The notes beneath the pieces are model-generated. The model had not been told where the DNA came from. It was given only the letters and a program-made list of their open reading frames with translations, and did no database searches. Of a stretch of DNA of 64,000 nt, positions 1-11,389 are shown piece after piece (positions within the stretch are counted from its first letter, which is position 1; each line of letters begins with the position of its first letter). Origin of the DNA: Scenedesmus sp. PABB004 (lineage: Eukaryota); contig JABVCE010000018.1 in assembly GCA_014905635.1 (NCBI GenBank), positions 620,001 through 684,000 of the forward strand, in the 5' to 3' direction. Position numbers and translations under genes: made by a program.

Positions 1-710
1 CAGCCGAGGGGGCGCGCGGCGCAGGCGCAAATGTCGTGCGCAGTGCGGCAGGCCGGAGAAAGAACAGGCCACGCAACGAAAGAAGAAAAAAACAACCTGC
101 ACACGTTGGTACCACAGTCTGGGCATTCAAAGCAGCACGGCGGGAGCAGCAGGGCGCGCTGCAGCGTGCGGTGCAATGTTCCCCCTGGTTGGCGCACCGC
201 CCCGCATGCGTTGTTCTCCGGCAGCATTCACCCGAGCGACAGTCGACTCAACCCCCGCCTGGGCGCGGTGTGGGCGCCACGCAGGGCGCGCACATCAGGG
301 CAGGGGGCAAAGTGCAAAGTGTTCGGCGGCGCTGGCACGGGCAGCCAAGCGCGAATCAACGCGCAGTTCCGGCACGGCGGCGCCGCCGCACTGCGCCGCG
401 CGGGCAGCAGCGCCGGGCGCGCGCTGGCACACAAGCAAATCAACGCCTGCTGGTGCGCCTGCAGCCGCGGCGCGTGGCGCGACCATGCGACTGTGTATTG
501 CCCGGCTGTGCGATCAAACAATTGTGCGCGGCCGGGAGCAAAACAAAAAACACCCAAGCCCAAGAGATGCTAGAGAGGGGAGGCATGCGTTGGTGAGGTG
601 TTGGGGCGACCTCCCCACACGCCAGTGCATTTATGGGCATGCGTTGAGCCCGCGCGCGTGGGGCCGGGCCCGCGCCCTGCTGCTGTGGGCTGGGCGCGGC
701 GCCCGCGCGC

Positions 711-1865
711 TCACCACGCCGCGGTGGGCGCGAGGCCCCGCAGCTGTGCCTGCAGCGCCACGTTGGCCGCGCGCAGCTGCAGCGCCTCGCGCTGCGCGCG
801 CACGAGCTCGCGCTGCAGCGTGCAGCTGTTGCCCACGGCGGCGCTGTATTTCGCAGTCAGGTCGGACACCTGGGACAGCAGCTCTGCCTTGGCAGCCGCG
901 AGCGCGTCGGCCTGCGCCTTCAACGCCTCGTGCGCGCCGGCGAGAGCCGCGAGCTGCAGGGCGGGCGCGGGCGCGGGCGGGCGCGGCGCCGCGAGGTCAG
1001 GCTGGCGGCGGGGGCGGCGGCGGCAAGCGCGCGCGCCCGGCGCCGGTGCCGGCCGGCTGCTGGGCGGGGCAGGGCGCACCTCGTCCTCCAGCCGGTTGAC
1101 CTGCTTGCTCAGGTGGTTGACCGACGGCGCGGGCTGCTGCTTGGCCGGCACCTGCGCGCCCCGGGCCCTGCCCGGCCGGGCCTGGCCCCTGCTGGCGCTG
1201 TGCGCCGCCCCGGCCGGCCAGCCCGCGTGCGCGGGCAGCGTCCATGCGGGGGGCGCGTGGTCGCCCGCGGGCGCCGCGCCCGCCGCCAGCTCCGCCGGCG
1301 CGCTGCCGTCGTCGCAGCTCGCGCTGGCGCCGTCGCCGCTGCCGGCGAGCGTCGCCGCGTGGTGGCGCTTGCGCGGCGGCGCGGCCGCGGCGGCGCCGAG
1401 CAGGTCATGGTGGGGCGCGCCGAGCGGCGCGGCGGCCGACAGGTCGCTGCTGTGGGGGCTGGCCAGCCCCATGCTGCCCCCTGACGTCGCCGGCCGCGCC
1501 GGCGGGCTGGCTGGGCCGCCCCAGGAGTGCAGCGGCCGCAGACCGCAGCCGCCGCGGAGCCACGGCGCGGCCGGCTCGGGCGCGCCCGCCGCGAGCGCCG
1601 CCGGCGCCGACAGCTGCTGCGCCAGCGCGCCCGGCGGCGCCGCGAGCGCGCACGATGCCTGCAGCGTCGCCGCGGTCGCCCCGTCGATGACGCCGTCGGC
1701 AACGAGCGAGCCGATCGAGTCGAGCAGCAGCGCCTCGGTCGCTGCGTCCTCCGCCGGCGTGACCGGCCGGCCCCCGCCGCCGCCGGCGCACGAAGCCAGC
1801 GCCTGCGCCAGCTCCGCGCTGCTCACGCGCGCCAGGCCCGCCGCCGCGAAGGGCGTGCCGAGCAT
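711..1865 (-). CDS. Hypothetical Ala/Gly-rich protein with C-terminal coiled coil (core exons only; start unresolved)
   Basis: Long minus-strand frame with heptad-like helical segments (HLSKQVNRLEDE; AHEALKAQADALAAAKAELLSQVSDLTAKYSAAV...LQAQLRGL). Probable GT-AG intron ~1079-953. No recognisable family. Confidence 0.45.
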   Translation of the reverse strand: MLGTPFAAAGLARVSSAELAQALASCAGGGGGRPVTPAEDAATEALLLDSIGSLVADGVIDGATAATLQASCALAAPPGALAQQLSAPAALAAGAPEPAAPWLRGGCGLRPLHSWGGPASPPARPATSGGSMGLASPHSSDLSAAAPLGAPHHDLLGAAAAAPPRKRHHAATLAGSGDGASASCDDGSAPAELAAGAAPAGDHAPPAWTLPAHAGWPAGAAHSASRGQARPGRARGAQVPAKQQPAPSVNHLSKQVNRLEDEVRPAPPSSRPAPAPGARACRRRPRRQPDLAAPRPPAPAPALQLAALAGAHEALKAQADALAAAKAELLSQVSDLTAKYSAAVGNSCTLQRELVRAQREALQLRAANVALQAQLRGLAPTAAW

Positions 1866-2590
1866 CGCCGCCGCCGCTTCGGTGACGCCTGCGACGTGCC
1901 AGGCGGCGGCGCGCGGCGCGCGGCGGCGAGCTCAGGTCGTGGCTGCCGCGGCATGTGCGCCGTGCACGCCCCGTCACGGGAGGCCGCGCGGGGCCCGCGC
2001 GCCCGCCACTGGCTGAGGCCCATCTCGGCGCTGCCGCCGGACCGGCGCGAGCCGTCGGGCTGCCGCGCCGCGCCAGCGCGCTCGTGGGACTCTGCTGCGA
2101 CTCCCGCGCGGCCGCACGCCCGCGCGGCGCCCGGCACGCCCGAGTTGGCGCCGCGGCGTGCCGCCGGCGCCGCGCCCGCGACGCGCGCACGCCGCGCTCA
2201 CCGATGGCCGCACGATCCTGGCGTGCAAACTGCGCGGTACTCCGCGACCGGGCGCAACGCGTGCGCCGGCGCGCCACGGCCCCTTCTTCGCCGCTGGTGT
2301 CCCAGCGCGATCGCGGCCTCCGCGACGTCGAATCCGCTCTACCACAGGCCTGGAAGTGTCGGGCCGGGCAGGCGGGGCGGGGGCGGCGCGGCGCCGTAGC
2401 GCGACAGCGTTACGGCGCGGTGCGGCGGCGGCCGCGTGTGTGCCGCGGCGCCTGGCCGCCTGCGCGCTGGGCGTGGCAGCTGCGCCTGACGCTGCTGCCG
2501 GGCCGAGCGCGCCGCCGCGGAGCGGGACGGCGGCGGAGCGGGACGGCGCGCGCGGACGGGCGCGTGCGGCGACCGATTACGCTCGCGCTT

Positions 2591-3262
2591 TCACTTCTTG
2601 GCGCTCGCGGCGTTCTGGGCCTTGATGCGCAGCTTGTTCTTGTAGCGGAACAGGCGCTTCAGCTGGGTGGCGGGCGCGCGTCGCAGTGTCGGATGCAGCG
2701 CGGGCCGCCGCCGCCGGGCGCTGCCGCCGGCGCGCTCGCCGCCGCCGGCGCGCTCGCCGCTGCCGCGCGCAGCCGGGCGCCGCAGCCGCCCGCCGCCCGC
2801 GTGCGAGCCCCCGCGCGGCGCACCTGCGGCAGCGGCAGCCCCTCGGCCGCGTACGCGCGCTCGAGCTCCGCGACCGTCGGCTCCGGCTGCAGCAGCTTGA
2901 ACAGCCAGTCCGGGTACTCCGCGTCGGGCAGGATCGGCGGGTCGGCCTCGCCCTTGCGGATCGCGACGCCCGTCGCCGCGCCGGGCGAGAGGCCGCCGAC
3001 GCGCGCGGGGCCTGCGCGCGCGGCGCCCGCGGCGGGCGGCGGGCAGGGGGTGGGGAGGCCGCGGCGGTGGGCGGAGGCGGCGCGCTCCGGCGCGCAGCCG
3101 CCTGCCGCTGCCGCCGCCGCTGCCGGCGCCCAAGCGCGGGCGACCCAGCGCCGCCGTGGGCGGGCGTGGGCGGCCCTCACCGCGGTCCTTGGCGCCCTTG
3201 CCGCCGGGGCCGCGCAGCGCCTGGGCCAGCAGGGCGCCCGCGCGCGCCCGCAGGCCCTGCAT
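2591..3262 (-). CDS. MRPL54: Mitochondrial ribosomal protein mL54 (L37 family), 3 exons
   Basis: Exons 3262-3181, 3011-2824, 2662-2591 joined by GT-AG introns. Family motif [21 protein letters not shown] and basic tail [16 protein letters not shown]. Confidence 0.85.
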   Translation of the reverse strand: MQGLRARAGALLAQALRGPGGKGAKDRGEGRPRPPTAALGRPRLGAGSGGGSGRRLRAGARRLRPPPRPPHPLPAARRGRRARRPRARRRPLARRGDGRRDPQGRGRPADPARRGVPGLAVQAAAAGADGRGARARVRGRGAAAAAGAPRGGSHAGGGRLRRPAARGSGERAGGGERAGGSARRRRPALHPTLRRAPATQLKRLFRYKNKLRIKAQNAASAKK

Positions 3263-3659
3263 GGCACGCCCCAAGGGCGTGCACGCGGCCGGGCGCGCGC
3301 CGGCGCGCCGCCGGGGCGGCTCCGCGCAAGGAGGCGAGGCCTGCTGCCGCCGCTGCTTGCCGCCGCCGCCGCTGCCGCCGCTGCTGCTGCTGCTGCTCCT
3401 CGGCGTGAGGCTGTGCTGGGGCGTGATCAGGCGCGGTTGCGGGTGGTCGGATCGGGCCTTCTGTGGCGTGCGGGGGGCGGGGTGCGAGCAGCAAGGCTGG
3501 CGCTGTCATTCTGCAAAACGCGCCCCTGCGAGCACGCACGCGCCGCGCCGAGCACAATCCCGCGACGCCCGCGCCTCGCCCCGATCTCACCGCTCCCCCG
3601 CCCGCCCGCCAGCGCCTCGCCGGCGCCGCGCCACCCCCGACCGGCGCCCTCGCCGCGCC

Positions 3660-6600
3660 ATGGCGCCCGCCGCCCTGCGTGCGAGCTCCTCGGCCCTGAC
3701 GGGCGCGCCGGCGCGGGCACGCAATGGCGCGCCGCGGCGCTGCGTGCGCGTGATGGCGAAGCAGCAGCAGAGCGCGGGGCCGCCCCCGGCGTGGGACCGG
3801 CGCGTGGTGGTGCCCGAGGTGCAGCCCCGTGACACGCCCAAGGTGGGGAGCCGCCGCTGCCGCTGCCGCTGCCGCCGCCGCGCGCCGGCTGCGCCGCGCG
3901 CCCGAGCCCGCGCCGCCCCGCCGCCGACCCGCCTGCAGCCCTTCAGCGTGCTGGGCAGCACGGGCAGCATCGGCACGCAGACGCTGGACATCATCGCGGA
4001 GCACCCCGACAAGTTCCGCCTCGTCGCGCTCGCGGCGGGCAGCAACGTCGCGCTGCTCGCGGAGCAGGCGCGCGCCGCGCCGCCGCGGCCGCGCCGCCCG
4101 CGTCGCTCGCGCGCGCCCTGGCGCCGCGCACCGACGCGCCGCCCGCTGCGCCGCGCAGGTGCGGCAGTTCAAGCCCAAGCTCGTGGCCATCCGCGACGCC
4201 GGCAAGGTCGCGGAGCTGCGGGAGCTCATCAAGGACGTGAGCCCGCAGCCCGAGATCCTCGTGGGTGACGAGGGCGCGGTCGAGGTGCGGACCCGCGCCG
4301 CCGACGGGCGCGCCGCGCCCGCGCCGCCGACGGGCGCGCCGCGCCCGCGCGCCGGCAGCGCGCCGGCAGCGCGCCGCCGCTCGGCGGCGGCCGGCGCGGG
4401 GCCCCCGTCGCTGCGCGGCGCGGCGCCCGCGCCCGCGCGCGCCGACGGGCGCGTGCGCCCGTGCCCGCGCGCCGCCACCTGCCACCCACCCGCCACGCCA
4501 GGTCGCGCGTCACCCCGAGTGCGAGGCGGTCGTGACGGGCATCGTCGGCTGCGCGGGCCTGCTGCCCACGGTCGCGGCGATCAAGGCGGGCAAGGACATC
4601 TGCCTGGCCAACAAGGAGACGCTCATCGCGGGGGGGCCGTTTGTGCTGCCGCTCGCGGCGCAGCACGGCGTGCGCATCCTGCCCGCCGACAGCGAGCACA
4701 GCGCGATCTTCCAGGTCATGCAGGGCCTGCCGGAGGGCGGCCTGCGCCGGTGCGGGGGCAGGGCGGCTGGAGGAGGAGCAGCGCAGCGCGGCGGCGGCGG
4801 GGGCGCACACGGCGGCGGCGCGGCGGGGCACCCGCACGGCGCCGCACACGCCCCGCCGCGCACCGCTCGGCCGCGCGCTGCCACGCTCCGCCGACCGCCC
4901 CCCCCCCCCCCCTGCCCCCGCCGACCTGCCCCGCGCCCCGTCAGCATCATCCTGACCGCGAGCGGCGGCGCGTTCCGCGACTGGCCGGTCGAGGCGCTCG
5001 CGGACGTGACCGTGGAGCAGGCGATCACGCACCCCAACTGGAGCATGGGCAAGAAGATCACGATCGACTCGGCGACGCTCATGAACAAGGGGCTCGAGGT
5101 GTGTTGTGTGGGCTGTGGGCTGTGTGGGTAAAAGGGGCTGTGTGTGCTCTGTGCGTGTGCGTGGGTGGGTGGGTGGGCTGTGTGTGCGTGTGCGTGTGTG
5201 TCTTGTGTGTGTGTGTGTGTGGGGGGGGGGGGGGGTTGTGTCGGGTTGTGTGGGCAGGACGGCCACACACACACACACACGAGCGCTCACGCACCCACAC
5301 GCGCCGCCCCGCCCACCGCCGCCACAGGTCATCGAGGCGCACTACCTGTACGGCGTGTCATATGACGACATCGAGATCGTCATCCACCCGCAGGTGCGGG
5401 CGGGGTGTGGCAGCGCGGCAGCACGCTGCGCCGCCGCCTGCCTGTGCCCCCCCCCCTGCCTCCCGCCCCCCGCGCCGCGCCCGCCTCCCGCCCCCCTCGC
5501 CACGCCCGCGCCCGGCCACCGCGCCCGCGCCCGGCCGCCGCGCCGCCCACCGCCCGCCCGCGCGCGCGGCCGCGCCCGTCCCGCCCGCGCGCAGAGCATC
5601 GTGCACTCCATGATTGAGACCGCCGACAGCTCCGTGCTCGCGCAGGTGCGCGCGCGGGGGGTGTCGAGGGTTTAGGTTCAGGGGGTGCGGGCACGGGCTG
5701 GCGCGGGCGGGCAGGCGGCGCGGCGGCGGCGTCGCCGCGCAGCGTGCGCGCAGCGTGCGCGCAGCGTGCGCGCAGCGTGCGCGCAGCGTGCGCGCAGCGT
5801 GCGCGCAGCGCCGTGGTGTCGCCCCAACGCCTCCTCCTCCCCCCAACACACACACCCACAACGCGCGCCGCCGGCGCCAGCGCCCCGACCAGCCCGCCGC
5901 GCCGCCGCCGCCCTCACCACCACGCAGCTGGGGTGGCCTGACATGCGTCTGCCGATCATGTACACCATGTCTTGGCCCGAGCGCGTGTCCACGTCAGAGG
6001 TCACCTGGCCCCGCCTCGACTTCAGCAAGGCCAGCTCACTCACGTTCAAGGCGCGCCGCGGCGCGGCGCGGCACGCCGCGGCGCCGCGGCGCCGCGGCGC
6101 CTCGGCCCGCGCTCTCGCGTGCCCGCGCCACCGGGCCGCCGCCCTCGCACACCGCGCGCCGGCCCTCCGCGCCCTCACAAAGCACCACCTACACTCTCTC
6201 TCTCAACCCTTAAACCCTTGTCGCACCCCCCCCCCCCAACCCTGCCCAGGCGCCCGACAACGCCAAGTACCCGAGCATGGAGCTCGCCTACGCGGCGGGG
6301 CGCGCGGGCGGGACGATGACGGGCGTGCTGTCGGCCGCGAACGAGCAGGCGGTGCAGATGTTCATCGACCACCAGGTGCGGGGCGTGTTTGTTTGTTTGT
6401 TTGTGGGTGGGTGGGTGGGTGAAGAAGAGGGGGGGGGGGGGACGCGACGCGCGCGGCAGGCGGCCGCCGCCCGCCGCCAGCGCCGCCGCGCTCTCGCCCC
6501 GCCTCGCTCCCGCGGTGCCCCTGCAACCCCGCCGCCGCCACCAACCCCCCCCCCTGCCGCCTAAACCCTCGCCCCTCGCCCCTCCACCCCCCTCCCCTAA

Positions 6601-6804
6601 ACCCCGCCACGCCAGGTGGGCTACCTGGACATCATGCGCCTCAACGCCGCCTGCTGCGAGGCGCACAAGGCCGAGCTCGTGGCCGCCCCCAGCCTGGAGG
6701 AGATCGTGCATTATGATGCCTGGGCGCGGCGCTGGGTCGCAGAGGCGGTGACCAGCGGGCGCTACGCCCCGCGCCTGCCCGCGGCCGCCGCGGCGGCGGT
6801 GTGA
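3660..6804 (+). CDS. DXR: 1-deoxy-D-xylulose 5-phosphate reductoisomerase, plastid (MEP pathway), 10 exons
   Basis: Transit-peptide-like N-terminus. Motifs [91 protein letters not shown]. Nine introns; donors at 4068 and 6051 are GC. Confidence 0.97.
5739..5810. repeat. 11-bp minisatellite (GCAGCGTGCGC) x~6.5 in a DXR intron
   Basis: Perfect tandem array read directly from the sequence. Confidence 0.9.
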
Positions 6805-7202
6805 GGACGCGCGGACGCGCGGCGCGCGGGGGGAGCGGGAGCGGAGAGCAGCAGCTGCAGCGTGCGCCGGCGGGGAGGGCGAGGGCGGGAGCGGGAGCGG
6901 GGCAGGGAGGGAGGGAGGGAGGGCTGGCGGTGGCGAAGAACGCGCGTGTGGGGCATGCCCCGACAGACGGGGCGGCTGCAGCGAGCTGCAGTGAGCTGTA
7001 GCGAGCTGCTTGATCACGCTGGGGGATGCAACCCGGCGCAGTGCACCCGACCTGTCACACGCCGGCGCAGCTCGCTCAACTGTCCCAGCGGCCAGCAGCC
7101 AGCCTCAGCCCGCACACTCCTCAACGACCCGTGCCAGCTCTCTCTCAGTTCTCACCCCACCACCTCGCGGCGGCGCCAGCAGCAAGCACACGACAGCTGT
7201 GC

Positions 7203-7510
7203 CTAGGCCGCCTCCTGTCCCGCGCCCCCGCTTCGCCCCCCACCCCCTCGGCCGTCGCCGCCGCCGCCGCCGCCGCCTCGTCCAGCGGCCCGGCGCGCCA
7301 ACGCGCCTCGACCTGGGCGCCCACGCATGCCGCGAGCAGCAGGGCCTGCAGCAGCAGTCACAGCCGGCGCTCGGCTGGTTTGATCGGTGAAACGTGTGCT
7401 CGGCTGTTTGACCGCTGAAAGCGGTGCGGTCGCGCCTTGGGCACCGGCGGCGTGCTGAGCACCTCGGCCGCCTCGGCCAGCCCCGCCGCGGCGGCCTGGT
7501 CGGCGCGTGA
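7203..7510 (-). pseudogene. Degenerate relic of an MFS transporter paralogue (two fragments)
   Basis: 7203-7345 resembles the MFS last-exon end (ctaggccgcctcc, matching the EAA-stop at 7918; ggcccggcgcgcca..ctgggcgccc..gccgcgagcagc). 7436-7510 resembles the exon end at 8857-8930 (ggcgtgctgagcacct..gccagccccgccgcggcg). Confidence 0.7.
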
Positions 7511-7917
7511 TGTGGTGAGTTGTTGCACGCGGTGCGCACCAAATTATAATAATGCGTGCGCACGCATGTCAGTGATTTTTCTTCTTCTTCCGCTTGCGTG
7601 CGTTTGATGTTGATTTTCTGGAGCCGCGCTGCCAGCGGGCTCCGAGCGCCCCAAGAACCATGAGCAGCTACACCAGCCAGCCGGCATGTGAAAACCAATG
7701 CCCGCACGCACGCAGCACCCCCGCGACGGGCAGGGCGTTCTCCAGGTAGTGCGGCATGCCGTGGCAGTCGGGCGTCGCTTGCGGGAGCGTCCCAGCGGCA
7801 AGCAGGCCGCCTCAGCGCGGTCACGCTAAGGCCCGTGCCAGCTCCTCACCTGATCAACTGATCAACTGAGTCATGACCCTACCCCGCGCCAGCACCAGCG
7901 ACTAGCGAGCGACACGT

Positions 7918-8698
7918 CTAGGCCGCCTCCGCTTTCCCCGCCCCCTGATCGCCCCGCCCCGCCTCCTTGTCGGCCACCGCTGCAGCCTCGTCTGCCGCCG
8001 CGTCCGGCCCGGCGCGCCAGCGCGCCGCGATCTGGGCGCCCGCGCCCGCCGCGAGCAGCGCGTTGGCGCCGGCGAGGATCGAAAAAAACGGCCCCGGGCC
8101 TAGCGCGGCGACGGCGGCCGAGGCGGCGAGGATGAGCACGCCGCACCCGAAGTACGAGGTGCTGTACATGCCCGCCGCCGCGGCGGCGGCCTGGCTCTGC
8201 TTGAGGGCTGTCAAGAAGCTGAAGATGGCAGGCTGATAGAACGAGTTGGCCGTGCCGATCAGCACCTGGCCACCGAGCACGGCGGCGAGGTGGAGCCGGC
8301 CCGACGCGGCCCAGCCAAAGAGGAGCAGCCCCGCCGGCATGAGCAGCCCCGCCACGCCCGCTCCGGGCGCGAGCGCCGCGAGCGGCACGCCCGGGCGCGC
8401 TGCCGCGGCCGCGTCGCTGAGCCGGCCGCCGAGCGGGCTCGCGAGCAGGCCGGCGAGGCCGCCGGCAGTGTAGGTGAGGCCGACGTAGGTGGGGGAGAGC
8501 GAGTATGGCGGCGCCGCGAGGACGACGGGCAGCTCGGTCAGGATGGCAAACATGCTTGAGAAGACGAGCAGCGACTGGCCCGCATGCAGCACGACGCGGT
8601 GGTCCGCGAGGATGCGCAGCGGGTGCCACGGCGCCTGCGAGGGGATGCCATGCGCGGGGCGTGGGCGCGGGCGCGGGCGCAGGCGCGGGCGCGGGCGT

Positions 8699-8769
<71 letters not shown>

Positions 8770-10183
8770 TGGGCCCGGCAGGGCGCAGGTGGTGCGGGTG
8801 AGGCGGCGCGGCGCGGCGCGGCGCGACGCGTTGTCGTTTGGCGCGTGCACGCGCACCTTGAACTCCGGTGGCGTGCTGAGCACCTTGGCTGCCTCCGCCA
8901 GCCCCGCCGCGGCGCCGGGGTCGACGCGTGACAGCGCGGCGATGCGGTGATAGTGGTGCGTCTCAGGGAGCACAAAGACCAGCAGCGGTGACACGACGAC
9001 CAGCGCAAGCGCGCCGACGGCGGCCATGGTGGAGCGCCAGCCAAACGCCTGCGCTAGTGCCCCGCCTATGATGGGGCCCACGAGACGGCCTGCCGGCGGC
9101 GGGATGGGAGGGGGGGCGGGGGGGGGGGGGGGATGAGAAAAAGCGGGCCACGCCCCCACGAGCAGCCCCGGCCACCACCCGGGGCCGCGGTGGCGGCGGC
9201 GGCGCGGCGCGCTGCGGCGCGTGGGCCGCCACGCCGTGCCGCACCCACGAGCATTGGGATGACCAAAATGCCGAGCGCCGTGCCGCGCTCCAGGGGCGCG
9301 TAGATGTCGGCCACAATGGCGCTCACGGTTGCGCCGTACGCGGACACTGCGCGGGGGCGCGCGCGTAGGCGGGGGGGGGGGGGGGGGGGCACGGTGGGCT
9401 GGGCGACGGAGGCACCGCGCGCGCGTGCGCCGCCGGCGCCGCGCCCGCCGCACGCCCCGTGCGTGCACCACGTGCGCGGTCACCTGACGCGCCCTGCAGC
9501 GCGCGGAAGGCAATGAGGGCACCGATGGAGGGTGACAGGGCGCAGGCGAGGCTGGTCAAAATGAAGGCGGCGGTGCTGGCAAGGAAGACCGGCTTGCGCC
9601 CGAAGCGGTCCGACGCGGGCCCCCAGACGAGGCCCGCACAGCCGACCTGCAGCGTGGGGGACAGGCGGCGGGCAGGCGTCAGCCGGCGTGCGGCCGCACA
9701 GCGCGGCGCACAGCGCGGCGGCGCGCACAGCGAAGACATAGATCGCAACCGTCGCTGCGACTTTTTCCTGCGTCGTCGCAAACTCTGCCTGCAGGGGGCC
9801 CAGGGCTGGCAAGTAGATTGTGTCCGATACCGGCATGAGCACGCTGGCGATGCAGGCGGTCGCCAGAATCACACCGCGCCGGCGGCGGCTGTGGAGGTTG
9901 TAGATGCTCGTCACGCTCTTTGCGCCGCCCTCGGACGGCGCCGACGCCACGGCGCTGCGGGCGTCGTCGCCCTTGAGCGCGCACCCCCACACCACGTGCA
10001 CTCCGTGCTGCGGCTCGGGGGCGGCCGGCGCCCCTGTCTCCGGCGTGGTGCTGCGGCGGCGCCGCGGCAGGGCGGCACGGCGGGTCAGGAGGGTCGGCAA
10101 GCCCGCACGCGCAGGCTCAGCGGCTGGCGGCGGGCGCAGCCTGGCCGGCGGCGTGCCGCGCTGCAACGGCCGTCACACCCCAT
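7918..10183 (-). CDS. MFS transporter, DHA1-like drug:H+ antiporter family, copy A1 (5' exon uncertain)
   Basis: Spliced exons give SDTIYLPAL, WGPASDRFGRKPV (motif A), LIAFRALQG, IVADIY..ERGTALG, GxxxGPIIGG (motif C), FGWR, LPET, GGRLSD. ATG at 10183 inferred from the homologous position in copy B. Confidence 0.85.
8657..8774. repeat. (GGGCGC)n hexamer array in the last intron of MFS A1
   Basis: About 19 units; the copy in A2 is 48 bp (8 units) longer. Confidence 0.9.
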
Positions 10184-10549
10184 CGTGGCTGACGCAACGC
10201 CGCTCTCCGCAGGCTCCATGAGCGCGACGAGTGGTTGATCTCGAGTGGAAGCAGCGGGGTGCGCTCCGCGAGTCAGGGAGAGCCGCCGCGAGCGGATCGC
10301 CTTGCGCCTCCCGCTGGCTGCAGCCGACGTGCGCGTCCGCCGGCCGCCGCGACAGGATGATGAAAGATACAAGCGCAACCACTGAGTGGCTTGGCTGCGT
10401 CCGGACGCTCGAGTAAGGCCCTAGGCCCGCTTTTGACAAGCACCTGATCGCAAAACTGATGTGACCCCTGATCGGGCTCTGTTTGGCTGTGTAACGGAGC
10501 CGCACGCTGCACTCACGCTCAACAGCAGGCAGCAGCGCTCTGCATCGGC

Positions 10550-10600
10550 CTCATTTTTTCCCTTTAAAGGTACAAATTTTACGTAAAACTTTGACCAGAG
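10550..10600 (+). promoter_or_regulatory. AT-rich putative promoter element upstream of the KASII fragment (also ~13354-13404 and ~19324-19374)
   Basis: Strongly AT-rich island with perfect palindromes CCTTTAAAGG (10561-10570) and TTTTACGTAAAA (10577-10588), just before ATG 10601. Function inferred only. Confidence 0.35.
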
Positions 10601-11389
10601 ATGGCGGCGAGTGTGTCTGCCGAGCTGCGCGCCCGCGCGCTGGCGCACGTCGGCGCTGACTCCCTGCAGGCGTGCAGAGACTAGCAGCTTGGTGCGTTGC
10701 TGCGGCGGGCGGCGGACGCAGCGGCGCGGTCCCGAGACGGCGCGATCCCGAGACGGCGCCCGCAGTGCCCGCGGCTAGCAGCAGCTCGTAGCCGCGCGCG
10801 GGTGGTGACGCGGGCAGCCGCCTGCACGGTGGGCGGCGCGCGCTGCTCGGCGCGCGCAGCGGCCGGCGGCGCCGCCACAGCGCGCGGGGCGCCCGCCCGC
10901 CGACGCCGCCCGCGCGCGCCCGCGCGTTTTGCGGCTGCGCCCGCAGGACAGCAGCAGCCGGCGAGTCATGGTCACAGGCATGGCCGTGGTGTCGTCGCTG
11001 GGGCACGAGGTGCGGCCGGCAGCGGGCGGGGCCCGCGGGGCGCCCGGCCGCCGCCGCCGCAGCGCGCCCCTCCGCCGCCGCAGCGCCCGCGTGCTCCGTC
11101 CTTTCACGCCGCGCCGCGCCCAGGTCGAGCCCTTTTACGACGCGCTGCTGGCTGGCAAGAGCGGCGTGAGCCCGATCGAGAGCTTCGACGCGACCGACTT
11201 CCCGACGCGCTTTGCAGGCGAGATCAAGGCGCGGCCCGCTCCCGCGCGCGACTCCGCGCGCTCCGCAGCCTGCCCGCCGCGCACGCGCCGCGCGCCGCGC
11301 CGCCCCGTCCTACCGTGTCTGCCCACGCCGCCGCCGCGCGCCGCCGCGCTGCACCGTGCCCCACAGCGGCGCAGTCGTTTGATGTGGAG
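10601..11389 (+). pseudogene. 5' fragment of plastid 3-ketoacyl-ACP synthase (KASII/FabF-like), introns retained, copy 1
   Basis: Exons encode RRVMVTGMAVVSSLGHE / VEPFYDALLAGKSGVSPIESFDATDFPTRFAGEIK / SFDVE, then homology stops. Leader is disrupted (16-bp duplication 10730-10759, or TAG 10682). Confidence 0.88.

Noticed and set aside
1..700. Coding sequence at the window start
   Set aside because: No recognisable motifs; A-rich tracts suggest UTR or intergenic DNA.
5739..5810. CRISPR-like array (also 48466-48560 and 58781-58872)
   Set aside because: Tandem units without spacers, inside eukaryotic introns; no cas genes.
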